Positions 14,191-27,229 of a stretch of 64,000 nucleotides of DNA are shown here, in pieces. The stretch's first letter is position 1. Each line of letters opens with the position of its first letter. The DNA is taken from the NCBI GenBank assembly GCA_048013815.1, contig CM106585.1, positions 16,492,001-16,556,000 of the forward strand, given 5' to 3'. Below the pieces are notes generated by a model, which made no database searches, had not been told where the DNA came from, and was given only the letters and a program-made list of their open reading frames with translations. Both the position numbers and the translations under genes were made by a program. This DNA comes from Setoptus koraiensis. Its lineage: Eukaryota; Animalia; Arthropoda.

Positions 14191-15549
14191 GGGCTGACCG
14201 AACCAGCCGAAACGGCGACCATTGCGCGACTGCCGCTGCCAGCGCTGGCCGGCTGGCTCGAGCCGGTGGCCGGCCACAAGCATTTAGCTGGGCACGACTT
14301 GCTGGCGGTGCGCGAACTTGTAAACTGTTTCGCCAGACCGAACTAGCTCGCTCGGCCAAACCAACGCGCTCGAATCAGCGCTCGAATCAGCGCTCGAATC
14401 AGCGCTCGAATCAACGAGAATCGACGAGAATCGACGCGAGAATTTCGGCCGCGGGCCCATCGATCATGCACTTTCTAATTGGACGCGAGCGAGCCACAAC
14501 GACAACAACGCCGTGCGCTTGCGGCGCGCAACACTGGCCAATCTGCATAAGTCAAACAAAATAATCACCAAAAACAGTGGCTTGTGCGCGTTGTTTGGCA
14601 TGTCATGTTTGTTGATTGTTTAATCGTTGTTCGCGCGGCGTTCGGCACACTTGCTGGCCCTTTTTTATTTTTTATTTGTTTATGACAACGCGCGATTGTT
14701 TCGCTCGCTCGACTCGCCCGTGTGTCGCGTTGCTCGCACCTTCGAGAATTCGAACGGCAATCGGCCCTTCGAATTTTCTGTGCGAACTGGCCCGGTTCGA
14801 ATTCCCTGTTTGAATTCCCTGTTCGAATTGCGCGTCGAGCAGTCCGCTCGAACTGTGCGCTCGCAGTCCCGGCCAGCACTGCCTGTGTCGGCTTCATTCA
14901 ATTCGATTCGAACGGTAGAAATGGTCGAAATGGTCGAAATGGTCGGAATCGCTCGAACGGTCGACATGGCCAGAATCGCTGGAATCGCCGAAATTGTTCG
15001 AATCATCGGATTGGTCGCAATGGTCAGAAGCGCTCGCACTGCTCGACTCTGATCGATCGCATTGAATAGCTCGTTCGGCCGACACAAAGACGCGCGGTCG
15101 AACAGGTTGCCCGATGGCCGGCGTTACCTGTGCGAACACGACAACAGCAAACATTAGCGCATTGAGTCAACACTGACACACAACAAGTGTTGTTTATTTA
15201 ACACTGCTACAACTTTGTTACAGCTCTCAGCAAACAATCGCGCTCTGTTCTTTGGTCGATGCTCGCGGGTTCTCGGCGCTTCGCCAATGCGGCTTCGATT
15301 CGCAGTGCAACGATTCGAAGCCGAGAGTTCGCTGCTGTCGCTTGTTAGAAATATTCGACGCCGAACCAAAGAACAAGCGACATCGAGACGACTACGAACA
15401 AACAGACGAACGGACAAGAATTGCGGCCAACTCTGACGCAATCGGCGCCGGCACCGGCGATACACTAATGGAGCTAGGCAAACACACACACACAAAGGTT
15501 AATCCTTGTGCCGGCCAGCGATTGGCATTGGCCATTGGCATTCCTCTCT

Positions 15550-15654
15550 ATTCAACCGACCGCTGGCCGAATTCAACTGACCGCCGGCCGAATTCAACTG
15601 ATCGCCGGCCGCATTCAACTGACCGCCGGCCGCATTCAATTGACCACCGGCCAA
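15550..15654 (+). repeat. 21-bp minisatellite x5 (attcaactgaccgccggccg[a/c])
   Basis: Read directly from the sequence. Confidence 0.92.
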
Positions 15655-18600
15655 AGGATCGCATGTCGGCCGCCGAGACGCGATGATGCAATGCACACAT
15701 TCCACTTGTGCATTGCAGTTGCAGAGACAGAGGCAGCGACAGCGGCGCAAATGGCGGACAAATAGGCAAATAGGAGCGCTTGCTCACCTGGCCGCTGGTG
15801 CCGCTGCTGTTGTTGTTGTTTATTTATTTTGGCTTACAGTTTTGTTAATAATAATACCCAGTTGGCACATTACATTGTCTTGTCCGCCGAATGTATCACA
15901 CGGTGTATCAACTGCGAACGGATGATGGATCGGCGCAGCGCACAGGCTCGCCGGCACAGCGATGTCGCCGCTGGACGAGCTTGCCGCTACGGACAGCCGC
16001 CTCTGTGCCGGGGCCTCTGCGGCGGCGGGCTCGCCTCACCCCACCAAACTGGCTCAGGTGAGCGCGACTTGCGCGAATAGTGACACACACATGAGCTGCA
16101 CAGCTACTTTATTGCATCATGCGAGCATCATGTGAGCATTACCATGTGACCATTGCGTCGGCTTGTATAGTGAGCAGCACGAGGCACAGCGGATTAATTG
16201 AGCGGCGCGCAATGATGCAATCATCAATTTTCCCACTGGCCGCGGCGACCAACCGCGCTCGCACCGAGCACCGGTCAGTCCTTGGCCGAGGTCACTGTCT
16301 CAGTGGCCGTGGCGGCGGCCGCGACGCGGCCGGGAGCCCCCACTGGGCGGCCAGAGCATGGTCTCGAGTGAGCAGTGTGTGCGGATGGAGGTGGCCGCCG
16401 CGCCGACCAACGACGCCACCGACGCCATCGACGGCAACGACGGCAACAACAGCGACAACAGCGACAACAGCGACAACAGCCGCAACGACAGCCACAGCGA
16501 CAACTTGTTGTTGTTGTTGTTGCTGTTGTTGTCGTTGTTGGTGCGAGCGAGACGGCGCGCCGGAGAAATGTTGTCTCTGTGGTTGATGGTGTCGTCGGCG
16601 TTGTCGGTGCGCTTGTTGGCGCTTTGTCGCCGTGCTCGGCGCACAAGACCGCGCGCGCCGCGGGGCGCCCGCCGCCCGCTTGCGGCCGGTCGGGCGAGCT
16701 CGGGCCGCGCACCGGCCTGGCGCAGGCAACGTGGCAGCCAGATAACAGGTGATAGCAGGAATGCTGTTGTGCGCAGCAGTTGTGGGTAGCCGTCGCTCGG
16801 GCCGTCGCATGGACGGTTGCGCCGACTAGCGGCCGGCGGTTCGCGCCTTCGATCGCATGATGAATGTGGCTCGGCGGTTGCCGCCGAGAACATAATTATA
16901 ATCAGCTTAATCATGCGCCCTAAATCATCTATAAACGGCCGCCGGGCTGCCGTGCATCGCTGGACGGGTACGCCGGACGGGCGCATTGGCGAGCATGTTG
17001 GACGAGGGTATCGGCAAGCAGATTGGACGAGGGTATTGGCGATTAGACGGGTGTATCGGGCCGGCGACGCGAGCGACAGACAGCGACACCGGGGCGCAAA
17101 AACAGACAGACACAAACAACCGAAATGAGTAATGAACGCAATTATGATCCCCATAGGCGGCGCTCATGCGCCAGTGGCGCGTAAATCACCAAAACACAAC
17201 AATGCCTGGCCAGCTAACAAGTGTCGCTGTCGATGGCGCAACACGACGCACGCGACGGCGCCCATTAATAATGCTGGTCGCCAGCGATCGCACCGCAGCG
17301 CCCACCGCGGCACCCGTACCGTATCAGGGCCGGTACATGGCCGGTGCGTCGATATGCGCCGATCGCGGTAACTGAATCGGGCCGCCAGCGAGCCGCAAGC
17401 GGCTGCCGCCGGACGGCGCCCACTTGTGGCCGGTCGGCGAGCGTGTTTCGCAGCCCGACAAAACATGAGCTGTTTTGTCGTTGCCGGCATGAGATAACGC
17501 GGCCGGCTAATGACCGGCCGCCGTCGGTGTTGCGCCCGGCCGGCGGACGCCCCAATGTGTGGCCACCACTGGCGCTCTCACAAGCGGCGAGCATCAATTA
17601 TCGACGCCTCGAGCACGATTGACAAAGTGTGCCTGACAAATGTCAATGAGTGCACCGAGCGGCCGGCGCCCGCTGCTGGCCATCATTAGCCGCCGGAATC
17701 CGCGTGCGCATACCCGACCCGCTGCAGGCCGCTCACCCGACCCGCTGCTGGCCGCTCACCTGAGCCCACCGGCTCAGGTGAGCTCAGCGCGCACGCCACA
17801 AGCCACTTCCTGCCGCAGCGCGGTCGTCGTTTCGTCGTTGTCGTAGGTTGTCGTTGGTTGCTTTGGTTGTTTTGGTTGTTTTTGGTTGTTGTCGTTTTTG
17901 GTCGTCGCTGGCTGTTGCTGGCTGTCGTTTTTGGTTGTTGGTCGTTGGTTGGTTGTCGGTTGTTTGTGGTTGTTGTTGTTGTTGCTGTCGCATGTTTTCG
18001 GTGCCCGGCGTGGCGTGCGCGTGCAAACAAACACGCTGGCACGTAGCGCGCCGGCTAGCCTCGAGATCGATGCCATCGATAACGGACGGTGCAAGTTGAA
18101 TAACCTTTAAACCTTTGCCAACTTGCAGCATTGTCCGTGCGCACACGCGCTGCGGATATTTAAACATGCTCGAGCATATTTGAGCATATTTAACAGCGCC
18201 TGTGGACAAGACAATGCCGGACAATCGATACTCGGCCGCGAATTAGGCCCGGTCGCAGTCGCCGTTGGCCGGCGTTGGCGTTGTTGTGCGCCCGCAAGCG
18301 ATCAGCCATCATGTGATCGGGCTGATTGGAGCGTCTCATTAATTGGATTGTTGTCGTTTGTTTGCACTTCGCTTTGTCAGCTCTGTCTCTCGCCCTGTCT
18401 CTCGCTCTGTCTCTGTCTCTGTATGACAGAGCGAGCTGCTGGCTCGGCCTGCCAACAAGTTGTCAGTCTCGCGCACTGGCACGGCCATTGTCAGCCAGTT
18501 AATTCCGAGTGCACCTTGGCACCAGCAAGTATTTATATTTATTTATTGTTGTTGCTCGCAAGTTATTATTGTCCATCATCCACTCATATAGGCTTCACGG

Positions 18601-19324
18601 GTCAGCTGACGAGCGCCCTTATAGGCGGCCGGCCCGGCCCGGCCCGGTCTGGTCGTGGTCCGCCGCTGGCCGCCTATGCGCCGCTGGCTGCCCGCCCGTC
18701 CGCCGCCCGCTTGGCCGTCTCGCTGTCTCTGTCCCGAGCGGCGCAACGCTGGCCCGACGCGCTGCCGAGCTGCCGGCCGCCGACAACGCGAGCCGCTCTC
18801 GTTGTTGATAAGAGCAAAAGTCACGCTCGCATTGGCGATTACGCCGGCCCGTCCCGGCCGGCGGCTCGCAACGCTGCCCAAATTACGCTGGCCCGAATGT
18901 GGGTGCCAGTTGGCCGCTGCCCGGCGCACCGCCGGCAGGAAGGGAGCGTTTCGAGGCGAGTGATAACAATAATGATGATCGTAGATTAGCGCAACTATTA
19001 AACGTTTTTTAGGGGATTAATCACGGCATAATCTCCGGCGAGAATTTCGCCCATTGTCGCCATTCGCTGGCAGCGCCAGCAACGCCGACACCGGCGGCAC
19101 CAGCGGCACCAGCGGCACCAGCGACACCAGCGCCAACGCCAGCGACAGCCGTGCAAGGGCGACAGTCGGCCGACGATAGCGGATTATGTCATGCGCGCAG
19201 ACACGCCATCAGACACCAACACCAGCGCGTCTATAGCGTCTATAGTGCCGTGCGCGCCCGTTCGTGCACGGGCCCGGCCGAGCCGCGAGCCGCGAACTGC
19301 CGACTGCGGCTGGCCGACTGCGAG

Positions 19325-19570
19325 CGTCGAACTGCGAATATCGAACATCGAACTGCGAGCGGCGAGCGGCGAACTGCGAATATCGAACTGCGGGCATCGA
19401 ATCGCGAACGGCGAACTGCGCCTAGAAGAACTGCGAAAATCGAGCTGCGAGCGAGCGAACGAAAGAACGAGCGAACTGCCAGCGAGAGAGCGAGAGAACG
19501 AAGAACGAGAGAACTGCCGGCGAGAGAACGCGAGAACGAAGAACGCCGAATTGCGAATGTTGAACTTCGA
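19325..19570 (+). repeat. Degenerate gaactgcga / cgagaacg repeat tract
   Basis: Recurrent gaactgcga, aatatcgaac and gagaacg words. Confidence 0.7.
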
Positions 19571-20242
19571 ACCTATCTTGTTCGAACGCTGCCGCTGTGC
19601 GTTAGGCGAGGTTGCGCGCGCGCACTTAATCCACGAACAACAAGCACACATCAACTTGTGCTGGGAGGGGGCAGCACCACCAACAAACAACGCACTCAAC
19701 GAGCGTTGCGCTCATCGGCCGCAACACGGCGCTGGCGTGCACGCAAAAGCCCGCACTGAGAGCATTCTATAACAGGCACATGACGCTGCGGCCTGTCGCC
19801 CAAGCCCAAACAGTGCCCTATGTGCAATAAGCGCGCTGCCGCCTGGCGCACAAAACCAGCGTGAAATGTGTCGAGCCGGGTGCGAGCGAGGTCACAACAA
19901 TGCGCCCACCCAGCGCACACCTAGCACTAGTCGCGAGTCGCGAGTGCATACCAAGTCCTCGATAGGTATTCGATCATTTGAACTTTGGACGTCGATCGCA
20001 ACAGACACCAATTAAACAACCAATCAAATCAACAACAACAACAACAACAAACAAACATCCAATCGACGACAAACAAACATCCTATCAACAACAACAAGCA
20101 GCCAACCCTGTGAGAGCCAGTCGCCGTTCACTACATATGTATGTGTGCATACATCGCCACCATAATAATACAACAATCACTATTATAATTAAATTCATAT
20201 CGGCATACATTATAATTTAATAATAACTTGATCACCCCTTAA

Positions 20243-21478
<1,236 letters not shown>

Positions 21479-21528
21479 TAATTGGTAATAATAATAATAA
21501 TAATAATATACTTAAACATATATTTATA

Positions 21529-24123
21529 TCAAATGTCACGGAAATAATTGAATGGTTTCCTTGGTATCTTTGGTATAGCATTAGGTAGTATATTAGGTGT
21601 AACTTCCTGAGTTTGGAAAGCAAAAAATTTAGTTACTAGATCTTCTTCATCATCTTGCTGTTGATTATAATGTCGCAAATTCATATGATTAGTCGATTGA
21701 TGATTGTTTCTCAAAAATGGTGCATTGGATGTCGCATTGAACGAGGCCACATGTACGTCAATGAAAGTTTCCCATCTTTTATACAATTCGGGTCTATTAG
21801 CTTTCATATGGCTAAGATGATCCTTAATTGGATCCAGGTCATCATTTATAGAAAGATAATTTGCTATTTGAACTATGTGTCCAAAATTTGCTTTGTCTGA
21901 GCTCATCTCTTGTGTGAGTTCTGTATCACTAGGTAGAATTCGCTGTATCAAGTCAAACTCGTCAACGAGTTGAGTGAGTAATAATTGCGATGCCATTTCT
22001 TGTTCAGGTACTTTAATTGTTTCGTTTTCACTTTCTTTTTCTTGCTCCTTCTCTTTCTCCTTCTCTTGCACCTTCTCTAGCTCCTTCTCTTGCTCCTTCT
22101 CTTGCACCTTCTCTAGCTCCTTCTCTAGCTCCTTCTCTTGCTCCTTCTCTTGCTCCTTCTCTTGCTCCTTCTCTTGCACCTTCTCTTGCTCCTTCTCTTG
22201 CTCCTTCTCTTGCTCCTTCTCTTGCTCCTTCTCTTGCTCCTTCTCTTGCTCCTTCTCTTGCTCCTTCTCTTGCTCCTTCTCTTGCTCCTTCTCTTGCTCC
22301 TTCTCTTGCACCTTCTCTTGTTCCTTCTCTTGTTCCTTCTCTTGTTCCTTCTCTTGTTCCTTATCATGTTTCTTCTCATCCTCATTTTCCTTCTTCTCTT
22401 TCGTTTCCTCATGATCCGAATTTTCCTCTGCATGCAAACTATCTTCAGTTTTTGCAACTTTCTTATCAACTGCAACATTAGATGCAACTGATGGCGCTTG
22501 TGAGGCAGCTAATGTTACGGCAGCGGCGGCAGCCGCAGCCACGGTTGTTGTTGCTGTTGCCACGAATTGCTTGTCTGCGTCTCTACGATAGTTGTTAACT
22601 ACAAGACACAGAGACTGCTCGACTTGTGTATGTAATAAGTTATTCCATGTGTAATTGACGAATAGATCCAAAATATATTTAATAGTCTTCAATTCCACAA
22701 GCTTCCTGATGATATTTGGACTATTTGTACTGATCAAGGCACGTAAGAGGTGTATTACTTCCAATCTAGTATATCCAAGAGGTTTGGCAATGAGACCACC
22801 GTATGATGTTTTTATCGGCTCTTGCATTGGCGGATCTATAAGTAATTGGTGAAAATAATGTAATTTACCCTCAATTGCAGCTTGGGCCTGACTGATGGCC
22901 TTCGCTAACATGCTAGCGTCCACGCTGTCTGAATAACCAGAATCCTTATCATTATTATCTGACATATCATTATTGCTTTCATGATTGCTGCTCAAATCAA
23001 ACATCCCACCAGGCCATTTTTCAGAGCTTTGATGATTTATATCTAGACAGTTTGTATTGGGTTGGTCCAAATTTTTCCCGTGAAGTATACTGAAAAACAT
23101 TGAAGAAGTAGTTTGATAAACGAATCATAAATGGTTTGGTAAGTTAGTTGTTCGGCTTATGACAGTCTTAGTGTGCGCAAAAACAATCGGTTATACTTAC
23201 TTGTGTCTTTTGTATTCTAATATAGATTGTAAAACATTCATTCCACAAACTAAAGTTGTCGGAGAGGCCTTCTTCAAATCTTCTAATTCTTTAACATCTA
23301 AAAACATTTTGTCTAATAGTAAAGACACAGTCTCTGTCGATTCTAATGACTTGAGTAGAGGATCATGAAAGAACTCAGAGGAATTGTTCTCTGTTGCGTC
23401 AGCAGATGAAGCTTGACGTCCTATTCTTATAATATCACATAAAATCTGACCAGCATTTCTCTGTTTGTCTTCATAATTTCTATCGGACAAGATATCTATC
23501 AATCTATTTATAATATTCTCTTTCTCTAGCAAAGCACAATAACTAAGCCTCATCTCTCTTGGGTTTGTATCTTCTATAAGAGCCCCCAAAATCTCGAGGG
23601 ATCCGGATAAATCGATTGTGTTGAGCAAAAAATCTATTAATTTCTTGAATGTCTTTGTTTCATCTCTAATGATATGACAAAAGAAGTCCTCGCTTCTTTG
23701 AGAATGCATAAACTTAATCAGTTTGCCGATGAAAGTAGTTTTGAGTGGAATAATATTGTAGGTGTTTTCTGTGCCATTAACCAAACATGACAAGATTTTT
23801 TCGATTAAGTTTTTGTCGCAAAATAAGGCATGGGTTATTTCACTAACTCCGCTAGTTAATATCTCACAAGAGATGTAGGCTGCATGAACATGTGAACGGA
23901 GAGATCTATCATTGCATTGAGCCTCTGTCAATGATGTGATATTATCAACTAGATCGACTATGTTCCCCTTTTTGGTTAGGAATTCGATTAGCTTCGGATT
24001 AGAAGTTTTGCATTCTTGTAATATGTCTTCTTCAAATACAATATCTTGCACGGTAACTTCGGGCATTTGAAGGACGATATCGATGGCCGCAATAGTTTCT
24101 GGGAATTGTTCGTTCCAAAACAT
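21529..24123 (-). CDS. PPP6R3: Ser/Thr protein phosphatase 6 regulatory subunit (SAPS/SIT4-associated domain); exons complement(23201..24123) and complement(21529..23089), 827 aa
   Basis: The N-terminus MFW...EEDILQECKTSNPKLIEFL and the segments GYTRLEVIHLLRAL and LDLFVNYTWNNLLHTQVE are SAPS-family motifs. The 111-bp phase-2 intron has a GTAAGT donor at 23200 and a cttcaatgtttttcag acceptor ending at 23090. It joins the two ORFs in frame (923+1561=2484 nt). The symbol is family-level only. Confidence 0.9.
22032..22363 (-). repeat. 12-bp coding tandem repeat, about 28 copies, encoding (EQEK)n inside the SAPS gene
   Basis: The plus strand reads (ttctcttgctcc)n with VQEK, ELEK and EKEK variants. 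Confidence 0.95.
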
Positions 24124-27100
24124 GCTGATTGGAGTAATAGAAATAATATTGAACGATTAATAAAAACAAATTCGAGTAAGTTGTTTGTGTGATAAACAAA
24201 AGGATATTTTGTGTGCCTGTTGGCCGTACCTTGTTATCAGTAAGTAATTTTAGGTATATAAATCAATGAGTGGCGGCTGCAACAGTCTAGACTGAGGTTG
24301 TGGTTGTTGTAATAATAATAATAATAATAATAGTAATGGTAACAACAGTGGTATCAGCAATAATAGTAATAATAATATCAAGAATAATAATATTATTTAT
24401 AGTATCTAATAGTGGTGGTTATAGTATATGATAATAATAATAATTTATAATGTATAATAATGTAGGATAATAAAATTAAGGCTCGGTCTTAAAATCTTTC
24501 GATATTTACGTATCATGATCGGAGCCGATAGTACCGTATACGGGGACGCCAACGTCATTAACAAGAGTTCCTATAAAATCCGAGAGGGGCGCTCGGGTTG
24601 GTTCACAGTGTGTTGAGAAGCAAAAAAGTGTCTCAATAAATGTTTCAACTCTTTCATTCTATCATAATGAACCCACTTTTGCGCTCAATAGAACAGGTGG
24701 CTTGAATAGCAGGTTTCGACGACAGGTGCGCTTAGTCTAGATTGCTCAGTCAGTCATATTGCATGCGATGGGTGCATAGAATTAGCACGGACTGTCTCGA
24801 ACTCAGGTAACGGTTTAGACAGCGATAGGCGCGCTCTCGTGGAGTTTGTTTGAACTAACAGGTTCACAATGCACAGCGTATGTTTTAATTTATTTTCTTC
24901 TTATTGTTGTTTATTGGACACTGACAGACTGTAAATGGTGGTGGCAATTCTGCTGTGAGTGAAGTATCTATGTGCGCATATACTCCAGCCAGATACAAGT
25001 CAAAACTTGTGTTTGCGCATGCTCGCCTCTTTGCAGAGCGAATTTCAAACCGTTTTCAACATCAAAAAGTCGGGTGTTCAGCGGAGAACAGTATAGATGG
25101 GATTCTAATTCTCTTTGATGAACCTAGTTCCGGTTCTTGTTTTTTCACTGGAAAAAGTATATCTACAATCGTCGGTGGAGTTTATTAAGAAGAAGCATCG
25201 GGAAGGAAACATCGAGGAAATAAGGACGCCAAATATTTTCAAGTCTAATTTCTGAGATCGCTGGACATTTATACCATTAAGCAAACAACATGTACTCTAT
25301 AGACATAGAAGAAGAAATGTTTTGCTCGAAACAAATGAACTGTCCAACCCATTGTCTGGTATAGAGCTAAATTAGATCATGGACAAACCTACTCTTAAGA
25401 TGGGCGGACTTTTCATGTACCCAATCGGTACATATTGGGTATATTGGGTAAGCCAAGATGGAAGCCAACGGACGGCCATGGTTCATCTTGCGGTCCTTAG
25501 CACTAAATTTATTTCCTGTCCCGATTTTACGCAAATAATCATGAGTTCAGACTCAACCTCATGACAAAGAGTCGTCCAATAATCCGCGCAAATGGCATAA
25601 ACAGTGCACCTGGAACTAGAGCCACTATTGGTTAAGAACAAATTCAACGGATTGCGTAATAGTTGGAAATTTAACCACGGAACATGGTTCGTGCACCTGC
25701 CGACCATGTATCATCAATAATATCCATGTATCATCAATAATATCCAGGAATACCAGGTAAAAATTCAGTGCAACATGAAGGATTCTGTAGAAATTGCTTT
25801 ATTATCATTTCTAATTGCTCCTGCCGCGATGTGTGGATTATCGGAGCGAAGCAAGGTTCTGTTGCAAGTTCTATATGGCGATAGACACTAGGAGGTGTCT
25901 AAGGTACATGGAATGATTTGCGTAACGTTGTGGCTAATGCACGGGTACACAAATATTTGAATTAATTTGATTTGATTTGCTCAAACACGTCACACAGAGG
26001 CATAGTTGGTTGTTGTTTTGCAATAACAGGTTTTCAATTACAATCTTCCATCAGCAATAACGAATATTCTGGTAAGTCAAAGTCAAACCAGTAATGAGTG
26101 ACGCCAGTGTGCATTAGACATCATCAATTAATATCAAGCATCAATGTTATGGGAATCGTCGTAGAAAATCGCGAAGAAAGAACAAGCGAGAGAGAAACAA
26201 GAAACTTCAATTGATTATAGATATCTAATTGACTTGAACTTTAACTAATAAGAGGCATTTACGCACGCTCCGGCACATGACTACAACACAATACTTACTG
26301 TATGATAATAGACAGCGCACTGGATGATTGGATAAAGAAAAACTTGTTATTTTATGGGCTCAAATAGTGTAATGCTTGCGTCTTTATGGCCCAAACTAAT
26401 GATAATAGCAGTACCCGAACAAAGGTCATTCACACATTACATCCTTGGTTTATTCTAATTAGTTTTGAAAGCGGCACTAATTCAGGTATCTCAGGTGTAT
26501 TATCTTACATGAATATATGTCGGCAAGAACTAGGTTTGCGGTGAGGCTTAAAGGTAAAATTCTTGGTCATGACGCTCGTTAACAAATGCTAAAGACTCGT
26601 TTTTGTTTCTCGCTGGTGTTGTTGTTGTTGTTGTTCAAGACATATGCAGAGCAGATTGATTGTGAGCAGCGAACTGACATGTGAGATTGTGTGGCCTTCG
26701 CCGTGTGTCTCACCTCACCTGTTGTCATATCATGGCAACATGACAACAGGTAAACAGGCGAACATGTAACATGGAGGAATCTTGATGAAAGGCAAGCGGA
26801 TTGATGTTTGTCACACTGGCTAACCTACGCGAACCAGAACGCTGGCCGGTTCTGTTAGTTAACGGAACTGGCATATTGATGTGGACCTACTCTTGACACA
26901 CACACTCACCATGCTGCATACAGTAAAAGGTTTATATCAAAAAATATCTTGCAATTAATACTGGTGGAGCAATGATTCATCATATGTATTCACTCGAACA
27001 TCATGTCAGATTGGGCTGGATTTGGCCGAATGCGGCTAGATTGGGAGAAAGAGCGCAGCGAGATTGGGAGAAGGAGCAGAGCGAGCTTGGAGGGAGGTCT

Positions 27101-27197
27101 CGCAGCAATAATTCAATCTGGCAATTGGTCGAGGATAAGTTGGCGAACGATGGCAACATTTTATACCGCCTGTTGTTCGCTTCTTTTTTGGCTCTCG

Positions 27198-27229
<32 letters not shown>

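Noticed and set aside
14086-15654. 21-bp arrays considered as CRISPR-like repeats
   Set aside because: The units are directly adjacent with no unique spacers, no cas genes are present, and the context is eukaryotic.
21974-22491. Plus-strand ORFs (FSCS)n, (PSLA)n and poly-L
   Set aside because: These are antisense and alternate-frame readings of the SAPS (EQEK)n repeat.
25380-25900. AT-rich stretch with protein-like minus-strand fragments and a 20-bp direct duplication near 25705-25745
   Set aside because: It has multiple stops and no recognisable family; BLASTx would be needed to call a pseudogene.
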